This document shows, in pieces, positions 1 through 8,821 of a stretch of 52,476 nt of DNA. The stretch covers positions 1 through 52,476 of the forward strand of contig JBGAOA010000028.1 in assembly GCA_044222065.1 (NCBI GenBank), given 5' to 3'. The notes below the pieces were generated by a model that saw only the letters and a list, made by a program, of their open reading frames with translations, was not told the origin of the DNA and ran no database searches. The DNA is from Candidatus Eiseniibacteriota bacterium (GTDB taxonomy: Bacteria > Eisenbacteria > RBG-16-71-46). The translations under genes were made by a program, and so were the position numbers. The stretch's first letter is position 1. Each line of letters starts with the position of its first letter.

Positions 1-2
1 AC

Positions 3-1238
3 CTCGCGCCGCTGTTCGCGGGCGATCCGCCCGCGAACGGCGCCCACGCGCCCGACGTGGACGAGCAGGCGCTCGTGCTCGCGCGGCTCCGCTACCTGAC
101 CGCGCACGAGGTCGGGCACGCGCTCGGGCTCGAGCACAACTGGGCGGCGACGACGTTCGGCTGGGGCTCGGTGATGGACTACCTCGGACCGCATCTCGAA
201 CGCTCGGGCGAAGCACTCGACCTGTCGGACGCCTACCCGACCGACGTCGGCGCGTACGACCGGCTCGCGATCCGCTGGGGCTACGACGCCGCGCTCGATG
301 CGCGCGCGCGCGAAGCGCTCGTGCGCGACGGGCTCGCGCGCGGCGTGCTGCTGCCGCTCGAGAGCGACGCGCGCTGGGCGGAATACGACTGGGGCGACGA
401 TCCCGCGGCGTGGCTCACTCGCTCGCTCGGCGTGCGCGAGCGGCTGCTCGCGCGCTTTGGCGCCGCTCAGCTCGCGGACGGCGAGCCGTACGCGGCGCTG
501 AACGAGCGCTTCAACCTCGCCTACCTCTACCACCGCTTCGCCGCGCAGGCCGCGCAGCAGGCGGTCGGCGGCCAGTACCAGGCGAACGCCGCGAAGGGCG
601 ACGGCCAGACGCCGTGGTCGTGGGTGCCGCGCGCGCGCCAGCAGCAGTGCCTCGAGGCGCTCGTCGCGGCGCTCGAGCCCGCATCACTCGCGATTCCCGA
701 CGCGATCCAGCGCGCGCTCGTTCCCGGCGCGACCGGCTTCCCGCGCTCGCGCGAGCAGTTCGCGTCCGAAGCGGGCGACGCGTTCGACGCGCGCGCCGCG
801 GCGCGCGTGCTCGCGGGGCTCGTCGTGAATCCGCTGCTCTCGCCCGAGCGCGCCTCGCGCCTCGCGATGGCACCCGCGAACGAATCGCTCACGCTCGCCG
901 ACGTCGTCGCGCGGCTCGTGCGCGCGGCCGCGATCGGCCGAGCGCCGTCGCCGGGCGAGGCGGGCGCGCTCGAGCGCGTACGGCGGCGTGCGATCGTCGA
1001 GGCGCTGATCGGGCTCGCGGCGAGCGACGCGTCGCCCGCGGCGCGCGCGCAGGCGTTCGCCGGGCTCGAGTCGCTCGCGAAGCCGCTCGGAGCCGCCGCG
1101 CGCGCAGGCGGCGACGCCGGCGCCGAGGACCGGCTGCTCGCGCGCGACGTGGACGCGTTCCTGCGCGCTCCGGCAGAGTGGCGCGCGAAGCCGTCCCCGC
1201 CGGTGCCGCCGGGACGGCCGATCGGAGGAACGCGATGA
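3..1238 (+). CDS. Zinc-dependent metalloprotease (metzincin, EcxA/DUF4953-like), 5'-truncated by the window edge
   Basis: HEVGHALGLEH zinc motif followed by Met-turn SVMDY. The frame is open from position 3. The stop overlaps the next start (ATGA, 1235-1238). Confidence 0.85.
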   Translation, partial: LAPLFAGDPPANGAHAPDVDEQALVLARLRYLTAHEVGHALGLEHNWAATTFGWGSVMDYLGPHLERSGEALDLSDAYPTDVGAYDRLAIRWGYDAALDARAREALVRDGLARGVLLPLESDARWAEYDWGDDPAAWLTRSLGVRERLLARFGAAQLADGEPYAALNERFNLAYLYHRFAAQAAQQAVGGQYQANAAKGDGQTPWSWVPRARQQQCLEALVAALEPASLAIPDAIQRALVPGATGFPRSREQFASEAGDAFDARAAARVLAGLVVNPLLSPERASRLAMAPANESLTLADVVARLVRAAAIGRAPSPGEAGALERVRRRAIVEALIGLAASDASPAARAQAFAGLESLAKPLGAAARAGGDAGAEDRLLARDVDAFLRAPAEWRAKPSPPVPPGRPIGGTR

Positions 1239-1816
1239 GTCCGAAGGAGCGCACGCGCTGTGGCTGGGCGCGCACGGAGCTTTCCATTCCCTACCACGAC
1301 GAGGAGTGGGGCGTGCCCGTGCACGACGACCGGCGGCTGTTCGAGTTCATCGTGCTCGAAGGCGCGCAGGCCGGACTGTCGTGGGAGACGATCCTGAAGA
1401 AGCGCGACGCGTACCGCCGCGCGTTCGACCGCTTCGATCCCGCGAAGGTCGCGCGCTACGGCGCCGCGAAGAAGCGCGCGCTCATGGCGGACGCCGGCAT
1501 CGTGCGCAACCGGCTCAAGATCGACTCCGCGATCTCGAACGCGCGCGCGTTCCTCGCCGTGCAGAAGGCCTTCGGCGACTTCGACGCCTACCTGTGGGAC
1601 TTCGTGGACGGCACGCCGGTCGTGAACCGCTGGAAGACGATGAAGCAGATCCCGCCGAAGACGCCGCTCTCGGACACGATCAGCAAGGACCTGAAGCAGC
1701 GCGGCTTCAACTTCGTCGGCTCGACGATCGTGTACGCGTTCCTGCAGGCGACGGGCGTCGTGAACGACCACTTGGTCGGGTGCTTCCGGCACGCGAGCGT
1801 GGGGAAGGGGCGCTAA
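1235..1816 (+). CDS. tag: DNA-3-methyladenine glycosylase I
   Basis: RCGW...YHDEEWGVP, LEGAQAGLSW, IVRNRLKI and GVVNDHLVGC motifs. RBS GGAGG upstream of ATG 1235. 193 aa. Confidence 0.95.
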   Translation: MSPKERTRCGWARTELSIPYHDEEWGVPVHDDRRLFEFIVLEGAQAGLSWETILKKRDAYRRAFDRFDPAKVARYGAAKKRALMADAGIVRNRLKIDSAISNARAFLAVQKAFGDFDAYLWDFVDGTPVVNRWKTMKQIPPKTPLSDTISKDLKQRGFNFVGSTIVYAFLQATGVVNDHLVGCFRHASVGKGR

Positions 1817-3261
1817 CCGCTCGCCTTCGCGTCGCCCGCTCCGCGGTACATCGCGAGCGCGGCCTCGCGCTGAACGGCGTGGTCCACGAGGCGCTCGGGG
1901 TAGGTCTCCCCGAGCGTCACGCCCGCGGCCGCGCGCTCGATCGGTGACGCTTCCCACGGCGCGTGGATCCAGCCGGGGTGCGCGTTCGCGAGTTCGGGCA
2001 CCCAGCGCTTCACGTACGCGCCCTCGGGGTCGAACTTCCAGCCCTGCAGCACGGGATTGAAGATGCGGAACCACGGCTGCGCGTCGGTGCCGGTGCCCGC
2101 GGCCCACTGCCAGCCGCCGTTGTTGCTCGCGAGATCGCCGTCCACGAGGTGCCGCATGAAGTGGCGCTCGCCGAGCTTCCAGTCGAGCAGCAGGTCCTTC
2201 GTCAGGAACGACGCGACGATCATGCGCGCGCGGTTGTGCACGAACCCGGTCGCGACGAGTTCGCGCATCGCGGCGTCCACGATCGGGTAGCCCGTCCGCC
2301 CTTCGCGCCACGCGGCGAAGTGCGCCTCGGCGCCGCGCCAGCGCAGCGCATCGAAGTTGCGGCGGAACGCGCCGCGCTCGGCGTGCGGGAAGTGGAACAT
2401 CACGTGCGCGTAGAAGTCGCGCCACCTCAACTCCGACACGTACTTCGCGGCCGGCTTCTCGAGCGCGGGCGTCGCGCGCGCCGCTTCGCGCACGGCGTGC
2501 GCCGCGGTGCGCGCCGAGAGCGTGCCGAACTTGAGATCGGCCGAGAGCCGCGAGACCGCGGGCACGGCGGGAAAGTCGCGCTCGGCCGCGTAGCGCGGCA
2601 GGCCGTGCGCGACGAAGTGGCCGAGCCGCTGCTTCGCGGCGCGCTCGCCGCCGGGCCAGCGTTCGCTCGCGGGCTCGGCGAATCCGAGCCGCGCGAGCGA
2701 GCCGAGCGGCCGCTCGGGCAGCGCGTGCGCGGCGAAGCGCGTCACGGCCGGCAGCGGCGGCGCGAACGGTAGCGCGTCGCACGCGCGCGCGAACGGCGTG
2801 AACACCGTGTAGGGCGCGCCGGCCGCCGTGTGCACCGCTCCCGGCGGCACGAGCAGCCGGTCGTGAAAGCGCTTCACGCGCACGCCGGCGGCCGCGAGCG
2901 CGCGCTCGACGGCATCGTCGCGCGCGATCAAGGCGGGCTCGTACTCGTCGTTCCAGTACACGGCGTCGGCGCTCGCCGCGCGCGCCGCGCGCAGCACGGT
3001 CTCGGCGGCGTCGCCGTGGTCGAGCGCGAGGCGCGAGCCGTGACGCGCGATCGTCGCCGCGAGTTCGGCGAGCGATTCGAGCACGAACCGCACGCGCGTC
3101 GGGGCGATGTCGTCGCGTCCGAGGATCGCGGGCTCGCTCGCGCAGAACGGCACGACGTTGCCCGCCGCGTCACGCGCGGCTTCGCTCAGGGCGGTGTTGT
3201 CGTCGAGCCGGAGGTCCTTGCGGAACCAGTGGAGGATGCGCACGGCGGGGGAAGATGCCAT
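1813..3261 (-). CDS. phr: Deoxyribodipyrimidine (CPD) photolyase, class I-like
   Basis: WFRKDLRLDDN, SRLSADLKFG, ELRWRDFY, GYPIVDAAMREL, HNRARMIVASFL, NNGGWQW and RIFNP motifs. Start trimmed to MASSPAV at 3261. Confidence 0.93.
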   Translation of the reverse strand: MASSPAVRILHWFRKDLRLDDNTALSEAARDAAGNVVPFCASEPAILGRDDIAPTRVRFVLESLAELAATIARHGSRLALDHGDAAETVLRAARAASADAVYWNDEYEPALIARDDAVERALAAAGVRVKRFHDRLLVPPGAVHTAAGAPYTVFTPFARACDALPFAPPLPAVTRFAAHALPERPLGSLARLGFAEPASERWPGGERAAKQRLGHFVAHGLPRYAAERDFPAVPAVSRLSADLKFGTLSARTAAHAVREAARATPALEKPAAKYVSELRWRDFYAHVMFHFPHAERGAFRRNFDALRWRGAEAHFAAWREGRTGYPIVDAAMRELVATGFVHNRARMIVASFLTKDLLLDWKLGERHFMRHLVDGDLASNNGGWQWAAGTGTDAQPWFRIFNPVLQGWKFDPEGAYVKRWVPELANAHPGWIHAPWEASPIERAAAGVTLGETYPERLVDHAVQREAALAMYRGAGDAKASG

Positions 3262-3392
3262 GCGCCCGCGTGGCTCGCACGCGAGGGCGAAGCCCCATCC
3301 GCTTCGACCGCTTCCTGCGCTCGCACCGCGCGGTCTCGGGCACGCGCCGCGCCGCCCTCGCACCGCGTGACCTCGCGCACGCGCCGTGCCGC

Positions 3393-3523
3393 GCCCGTCC
3401 TGTCCTTCCTCGGGCACGCTCGTCCGCGGCTTCCTGCCGCGGCCGAGCTCGTGTCGGGTCCGCCGCTCCGCCAGTCCCTGGCTCCGCGACGGCCCCGGCT
3501 GCCCTCCGAAGGACAGGACGGGC
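3393..3523. repeat. Structured repeat element, copy 1: 97-bp core (3410-3506) inside a perfect 16-bp inverted repeat
   Basis: Arms GCCCGTCCTGTCCTTC (3393-3408) and GAAGGACAGGACGGGC (3508-3523). The core matches 6364-6460 at 94 of 97 positions by eye. Confidence 0.9.
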
Positions 3524-3609
3524 AGGGCAGAGCGCGGTGGTCTTCTCGCGGACCGCAATGGGCGAACGGTTGCCGTGTGGTCGGGCTCGCGAGCCCGGAG
3601 CCGTGGCGC

Positions 3610-4083
3610 CTACGCCCGCACGATGCGGCAGTTGAAGCAGCCGGGCCGCGCGTTGTGCACGTGCAGCTCGCGCACCGCCTCGTCCGCGAACGCGCGCTCG
3701 ATCGCCGCTTCGAGCGCCGCGCCCTCGACGACCTCGGCGCCCGCGAGGTCGCCTGCGGCGTCGTACGCGCGCAACGACAGCAGCCGGTGGCGCAGCATGC
3801 GCGGAAGCTCGCCCGGTGCGAGCACCGCGCTCGCCACGCCGCGCCGCACGTAGATCGGGCCCGACGCGCGGTACGGCGACGCGACGTCGTGGTGCGCGAA
3901 CGGCAGCAGCAGCAGCTCGTCGCCCACGGCCGCGTCCTCGAGGCTCACGCGGCACGGATAGCCCGGCGTCTCGTCCGCCACGACGCGGCGCGCACCGCGC
4001 GCGGCGAGGTCTTCGTCCGAGAGCGCGAACCACGGCGCGAAGCGCCCGGCCTCGAGCGCGACGACGCGGAACCCCGCGCTCAT
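3610..4083 (-). CDS. DUF1203 family protein
   Basis: GYPCRVSL, PY..SGPIYV, LSLRAYD and LHVHNARPGCFNC motifs. The start overlaps the ogt stop (4080-4083). Confidence 0.85.
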   Translation of the reverse strand: MSAGFRVVALEAGRFAPWFALSDEDLAARGARRVVADETPGYPCRVSLEDAAVGDELLLLPFAHHDVASPYRASGPIYVRRGVASAVLAPGELPRMLRHRLLSLRAYDAAGDLAGAEVVEGAALEAAIERAFADEAVRELHVHNARPGCFNCRIVRA

Positions 4084-4643
4084 CGCGCCGCTCCCGCGGC
4101 TTCGAGCGCGAGCGTCGCGCCGGAGAATCCCGGCGCGCCTTCGTGCGCGAGCAGCCAGCGCTTCTTGTCGAGCCCGCCGCCGTAACCGCCGAGCGTTCCC
4201 GCGCTCGTCACGACGCGGTGGCACGGCAGCACGAGCGCGATCGAGTTCGTGCCGTTCGCGTGCCCGACCGCGCGCGAAGCGCCGGGGCTTCCGACCGCGC
4301 GCGCGAGGTCGGCGTACGAGCGCGTCGCGCCGGCCGGGATGCGAACGAGCGCGCGCCACGTCCGGAGCTGGAACGGCGTGCCGACGGGCGCGACGGGAAT
4401 GCGCCCGAGCGCCGCGAGGTCGCCGGCGAAGTACGCCGCGAGCGCGGACGCCGTCGTGCGCAGCACGTCGTCGTTCGCGCCGTCGTCGAACGCGGCGCCG
4501 GGCGCGTGAGCGACGAGGCGCGCGCGCGCGCGGCCGACGCGTTCCGGACGGTCCTGGAATTCGAGTCCGACGAGTGAATCGCCGTTCGAGATCGCGAGCA
4601 TCGGCGCGAGCGGCGTCTCGAGGATCCGGGTGAGGTAGATCAT
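4080..4643 (-). CDS. ogt: Methylated-DNA--protein-cysteine S-methyltransferase
   Basis: GTPFQ..W..L..IP.G, SRAVG.ANG.N, the PCHRV active site and GGYGGG..KK..LL.HE. Confidence 0.95.
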   Translation of the reverse strand: MIYLTRILETPLAPMLAISNGDSLVGLEFQDRPERVGRARARLVAHAPGAAFDDGANDDVLRTTASALAAYFAGDLAALGRIPVAPVGTPFQLRTWRALVRIPAGATRSYADLARAVGSPGASRAVGHANGTNSIALVLPCHRVVTSAGTLGGYGGGLDKKRWLLAHEGAPGFSGATLALEAAGAAR

Positions 4644-6121
4644 CGCGAGTCCTTTCGTGAGGGTTTCGATGCGGGCCTGGACCACAGGGCGATCACGGCG
4701 TACGCGCGCCACGGACGCCACGCCTCGGCGCGAGCGGCCGCCTCGCGGCGCTCGCGCGGCGACGCGCCGAGCCCGAGCGCGTGCTGCACGCCGAGGTCTC
4801 CGATCGGGAACGCGTCGGGCTCGCCGAGCGCGCGCATCGCGACGTACTGCGCGGTCCACTCGCCGATGCCCGGCAATTCGACGAGTTTCGCGACCGCGTC
4901 GTCGAGTCCGCCGAGTGCCGCGAAGTCGAGCGCGCCGCTCGCGACCGCCTCGGCGAGCGCGCGGATCGAGCGCTGTCGCGCGCCGACGATGCCGAGCGCC
5001 GAGAGGTCGGCGCGCACGAGCGCCTTCGCGTCCGGGAACGCGTGCGTGATCGGGCCGAGCGCCGCGCGCCCGAGCGGCGCGCCGTGCGCCGCGACGATGC
5101 GGCCCGCGAGCGTCGCGGCCGCTTTCACCGTGATCTGCTGGCCGAGGATCGCGCGCACCGCGAGTTCGAACGGGTCGAACGCGCCCGGCACGCGCAGGTC
5201 GCGGCGCCGGACGAGCGCGCGCCGCAGCGGCGCGTCGCGCCGCAACGTCGCGAGGATCGGCGCGGGGTCGGTCGCGACGTCGAACACGCGCGCGATGCGC
5301 GCGACGAGCGACTGAAGCGCAGGGCCCGCATCGCCGCGCACGCGCACGGCGAGCGCGGGCTCACCTCGGAGCGCGCGCACTTCGATCACGCCGCGCGCCG
5401 CGCCGATCGCGAACGCGCGGGCGTACGCGTCGGCGCCGGCCGCTTCGACGCCGGGGATCGCGCGCGCGGCGAGGAACGCGAACAGCGGCGCCGGCTCGAA
5501 CGGTGCACGCGCCGGCAGGCGCAACTCCAGCGCCGGTTCCGCCGCGCGGCGCGGCGCGCCCGCGGCGTCCTTGCGCAATTCGCGGGGCGCGCGCCGGAAC
5601 GTGCCGCGCATGACGTGGTTGAAGCGCCGCACGCTCGCGAAGCCCGACGCGTGCGCGACCTCGGTGATCGGCAGCGCGGTCTCGCCGAGCAGGCGCCGCG
5701 CGAAGTGCAGCCGCCGCGTCTGCGCGACGCCGACGGGCGTCGCGCCGACCTGTTCGACGAACAGCCGGCGCAGCCAGCGCGACGTGATGCCGAGGCGGTC
5801 GGCGAGGTCGTCCACGCTGCCCGTGTCGAGCGCGCCGTCCTCGATGAGCCGCAGCGCGCGCGTGACGGTGACGGACGTGCCGCGCCACGGTGCGCTGCCC
5901 GGCGCGGTCTCGGGATGGCAGCGCATGCACGGGCGGAAGCCTGCTTCCTCGGCGGCGGCGGCGCACGCGAAGAAGCTCAGGTTGTGCTTGCGCGGCATCG
6001 GCGCCGGGCACCCGGGGCGGCAATAGACCTTCGTGCTGCGCACACCGGTGAAGAAGCGTCCGTCGAAGCGCCGGTCCCGGGCGGAGAACGCGCGCCAGCA
6101 GGTTTCGAAGTCGAGTTCCAT
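4640..6121 (-). CDS. alkA: AdaA-AlkA fusion (Ada Zn-binding domain + AraC HTH + DNA-3-methyladenine glycosylase II)
   Basis: YCRPGC...GFRPCMRC Ada Cys4 site, AraC HTH (SGFASVRRFN), FELAVRAILGQQI, LPGIGEWTA helix-hairpin-helix and WRPWRAYA. True start MELDF at 6121. Confidence 0.92.
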   Translation of the reverse strand: MELDFETCWRAFSARDRRFDGRFFTGVRSTKVYCRPGCPAPMPRKHNLSFFACAAAAEEAGFRPCMRCHPETAPGSAPWRGTSVTVTRALRLIEDGALDTGSVDDLADRLGITSRWLRRLFVEQVGATPVGVAQTRRLHFARRLLGETALPITEVAHASGFASVRRFNHVMRGTFRRAPRELRKDAAGAPRRAAEPALELRLPARAPFEPAPLFAFLAARAIPGVEAAGADAYARAFAIGAARGVIEVRALRGEPALAVRVRGDAGPALQSLVARIARVFDVATDPAPILATLRRDAPLRRALVRRRDLRVPGAFDPFELAVRAILGQQITVKAAATLAGRIVAAHGAPLGRAALGPITHAFPDAKALVRADLSALGIVGARQRSIRALAEAVASGALDFAALGGLDDAVAKLVELPGIGEWTAQYVAMRALGEPDAFPIGDLGVQHALGLGASPRERREAAARAEAWRPWRAYAVIALWSRPASKPSRKDSR

Positions 6122-6128
6122 GCGGCGC

Positions 6129-6134
6129 ACGATA
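6129..6134 (-). promoter_or_regulatory. Putative -10 box (TATCGT) 7 nt upstream of the alkA ATG, consistent with a leaderless transcript
   Basis: The minus strand reads GGGG-TATCGT-GCGCCGC-ATG, with no Shine-Dalgarno sequence adjacent. Confidence 0.5.
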
Positions 6135-6280
6135 CCCCGAGCTCGCTCCTCGCACTGGCCGTTTTCGGAAGTGGAGTTGAAACCCCTCAAGGACGAATCC
6201 GCCGAGCCACGCGAAGCGCGAACGTGGCGCTCCTCGAAGCGCAATCGCCGAGCCGCGCGGACCGTCCCGTCGAAGACGCC

Positions 6281-6352
6281 GTCGCCGTCAACCGCCCCGC
6301 GAATCGCCCCGTCGCAAGAACTGTCGCCCTCAACCGCCCCGCGAACCGTCCC
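6281..6352. repeat. Imperfect direct repeat, 42-bp period
   Basis: GTCGCCGTCAACCGCCCCGCGAATCGCCCC at 6281 and GTCGCCCTCAACCGCCCCGCGAACCGTCCC at 6323. Confidence 0.7.
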
Positions 6353-6488
6353 CAGGTCCCTCATCGGGCACGCTCGTCCGCGGCTTCCTGCCGCGGCCGA
6401 GCTCGGATCGGGTCCGCCGCTCCGCCAGTCCCTGGCTCCGCGACGGCCCCGGCGGCCCTCTGAGGGACCTGGGGACGGTTCGCGGGGC
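6336..6488. repeat. Structured repeat element, copy 2: same 97-bp core (6364-6460) inside a different, perfect 28-bp inverted repeat
   Basis: Arms GCCCCGCGAACCGTCCCCAGGTCCCTCA (6336-6363) and TGAGGGACCTGGGGACGGTTCGCGGGGC (6461-6488). Confidence 0.9.
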
Positions 6489-6540
6489 TCGACGTCGGCG
6501 CTTCGCGGGGCTCGGCAACTGCGCTTCGTGCTTCGCGCGG

Positions 6541-8160
6541 TCAGCGCGCGACGGGCACGCGGGCGAGCACGAGCGTCGGTGAACGCAGCAGGATCTCGAT
6601 CGGGCCCGGCGCCGCCGTCGCGATCGCACGCTCGCGCAATGCGCGAAACGCGACGTACGCGTAGCCGTCCGGCGCCGGATACGCCCACGCCGCGTCCGGA
6701 CTCGCCGTCGTCACGAGGTTGCGCTCGAGCGCGTTGCGGAGCGTCGGCGGCACCGCGTCGAGCACGACGAGCACGGCCGTGCGCGGCGAGCCGCCGTTCA
6801 TCGCGTCCGCGACGATGCCGGCGCTGAAGTAGTCCTGCATCGCCGGCAGCACGCGCAGCGTCGCGATCGGCGCCGTCGCCGCGACCGGCAGCGCGAACAG
6901 CGCGATCGCCGCGCGCGTGCGGCCGAGCCAGTTCGCGAGGAACGGCAGCCAGGCCGTCGCGAACAGCACGACCGCCGCGAGCCGCAACGCCGGCGCCGCG
7001 ACCGCGATCTCGCGCGCGAGCATCGACAGCAGCGCCGCCGCGGACGCGCCCGCGAGCCCGAGCATGAGCGCGGCGCGCGTGAGCGCGGGCGCGAGGCGGC
7101 GCGGGCTCTCGAGCGCGTGGTCGAGCATGCGCCCGCACGCGAGCGCGGCCGCCGCGAACGCGGGCAGGATCGCGGGCATCGGGGCGTGCGGAACGACGAC
7201 GAGCGGCGCGAACGCCGCGACGAGGCACGCGACGAAGAAGTGCGCGGCGTGCTCCTCGCGCGTCTCGCGCGAGCCCGGGACGTGCGCGCCGGACGGCGCG
7301 AGCGCGCGCGGCGCGCGCCACCACGTCGCCGCGTGCGAGAGCGCGGCCGGGAGCAGCGCGCTCCACGGAAGCATGCCCGCGACGAGCAGCGACAGCGCGA
7401 GCAGCGGCGGCGCGTACCACGCGCCGCGCGCGTCGGCGCCGTACGGGAACGCGAGGCACTCGCGCACGAACGCCGCGCCGTAGCGCTCGAGCATCGCTCC
7501 GTACCAGGGCAGCGCGATCGCGACCGCGATCGCGACGCCCGGCAGCGGACGGATGCGCCGGACGAGCGCGCGGTCGCGCAGCAGCGCCGCGTACAGCGCG
7601 ACGGCGCCGACGGGCCAGAGTGCTGCGAGCGGCCCGCACATCACGGCGGCGCCGCCGAGCGCGACCCACGAGACGAGCAGCCGGGCGTCGCGGCCCGGGC
7701 GCGCGGCGAACACGGCGTCCGCGAATCCTGACAGCGCGATCCACGCGGCGAGCGCGCCGAAGAGCTGCGCGGAGTCCGTCCACACGGCGAGCGTCGTCGC
7801 GAGCCCCGACGCGAACACGCCGGCGGCGAGCCAGCCCGCGCGCCCGCCGAAGTGCTCGGCCGCGATCGAGCCGACGACCGCGACGAGCAGCACCGCGAGG
7901 ATCGCGCGGAACGTCCGCACGCGCGCCGCCGTGTGCTCGCCCGTGCCGAGCGCGAGGAACTCGAGCGCGTACGCCGGCGACGGCTTCTCGAAGCGCGGGG
8001 ATCCCGCCCACAGCGGCACGAGCAGCTCGCGCGCCTCGGCCATCTCGCGCGCGACGCCGGCGTCGCGCGCTTCGCGTTCATCGAGCGACGGCACGCCGGC
8101 GAATCCGGCGAACAGCGCCGCGCAGAGCACGAGCACCGCGAGGGCGGGGACGAAGCGCAT
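6541..8160 (-). CDS. ArnT-like / family 39 membrane glycosyltransferase
   Basis: DE......AREM...P...G..RFEKP N-terminal loop motif, many TM segments, ALPWY and LPWS motifs. Confidence 0.75.
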   Translation of the reverse strand: MRFVPALAVLVLCAALFAGFAGVPSLDEREARDAGVAREMAEARELLVPLWAGSPRFEKPSPAYALEFLALGTGEHTAARVRTFRAILAVLLVAVVGSIAAEHFGGRAGWLAAGVFASGLATTLAVWTDSAQLFGALAAWIALSGFADAVFAARPGRDARLLVSWVALGGAAVMCGPLAALWPVGAVALYAALLRDRALVRRIRPLPGVAIAVAIALPWYGAMLERYGAAFVRECLAFPYGADARGAWYAPPLLALSLLVAGMLPWSALLPAALSHAATWWRAPRALAPSGAHVPGSRETREEHAAHFFVACLVAAFAPLVVVPHAPMPAILPAFAAAALACGRMLDHALESPRRLAPALTRAALMLGLAGASAAALLSMLAREIAVAAPALRLAAVVLFATAWLPFLANWLGRTRAAIALFALPVAATAPIATLRVLPAMQDYFSAGIVADAMNGGSPRTAVLVVLDAVPPTLRNALERNLVTTASPDAAWAYPAPDGYAYVAFRALRERAIATAAPGPIEILLRSPTLVLARVPVAR

Positions 8161-8219
8161 GGGAGCGGGACGTTAGCAGAGCGGCCGCGCGCGGCGCCCG
8201 GCGCGCGCGGCCGCGTCCG

Positions 8220-8642
8220 TCACTTCCCGCCCTTGAACGTCACGCGCGGCCCGAAGCGCGCGTCGAGCGCGTACGCGCCGCCGCCGGTGAACATCAAGGT
8301 CGCGAACGGCACGAGGTACAGGAGCGCGAGCTCCATGTCCTTGAACGGCGCGCCGCGGTTCACGACGAACGCCGCGACGCACATCGAGAACACGAGCGGC
8401 GCGCTCGCGAAGCGCGTCGCGAAGCCGAGCACGACGCACAGCGAGCACAGCACTTCGGCGAAGATCACGAGGCCGAGGCTCTTCGCGGAGCCGACGCCGA
8501 GCGGGTCGGGGAAGTGCGCGGCGCGCTCCGAGTAGTGCGCGAGCTTCGCCCAGCCGTGGCCGTAGATCATCATCGTGCCCGCGCCGAGCCGGAGCACGAG
8601 CAGTCCGATCGAGGACGCCGTCCCCGGGGTTCCGTTCGCCAT
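8220..8642 (-). CDS. DoxX family membrane protein
   Basis: LLVLRL..G..M..HGWAKL, F.DPLG, E.....LGF.TR and G.G.YALD motifs. RBS AGGAAGGA. Confidence 0.85.
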   Translation of the reverse strand: MANGTPGTASSIGLLVLRLGAGTMMIYGHGWAKLAHYSERAAHFPDPLGVGSAKSLGLVIFAEVLCSLCVVLGFATRFASAPLVFSMCVAAFVVNRGAPFKDMELALLYLVPFATLMFTGGGAYALDARFGPRVTFKGGK

Positions 8643-8821
8643 GGGTTCCTTCCTGGAAGAGGGAGCGTGGAGGCGGACGAGATACCAAAACGCCGAGCGG
8701 TCCGTCCACGGCATGGAACGGACCGCTCTCGTTGCTCTGTCGCACGCGTCCCTGCGTCCCTCTCTCTTGCGCGCGGCCGATGCGGGTCATACCCGCGCGC
8801 GTCGGCGCGGTTCCGCGATTC

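Noticed and set aside
1813..1816. Convergent 4-bp overlap of the tag and photolyase stops
   Set aside because: Common in compact genomes, with no further signal.
3393..6488. Composite transposon or integron cassette
   Set aside because: No transposase or integrase is present, no target-site duplication was seen, and there are no attC GTTRRRY-type ends. Kept only as a structured repeat finding.
4640..8011. 1123-aa giant AlkA fusion in the ORF track
   Set aside because: The N-terminal ~630 aa is Arg/Ala-rich off-frame read-through over the GT39 gene and the repeat element. Recognisable domains start at 6121.
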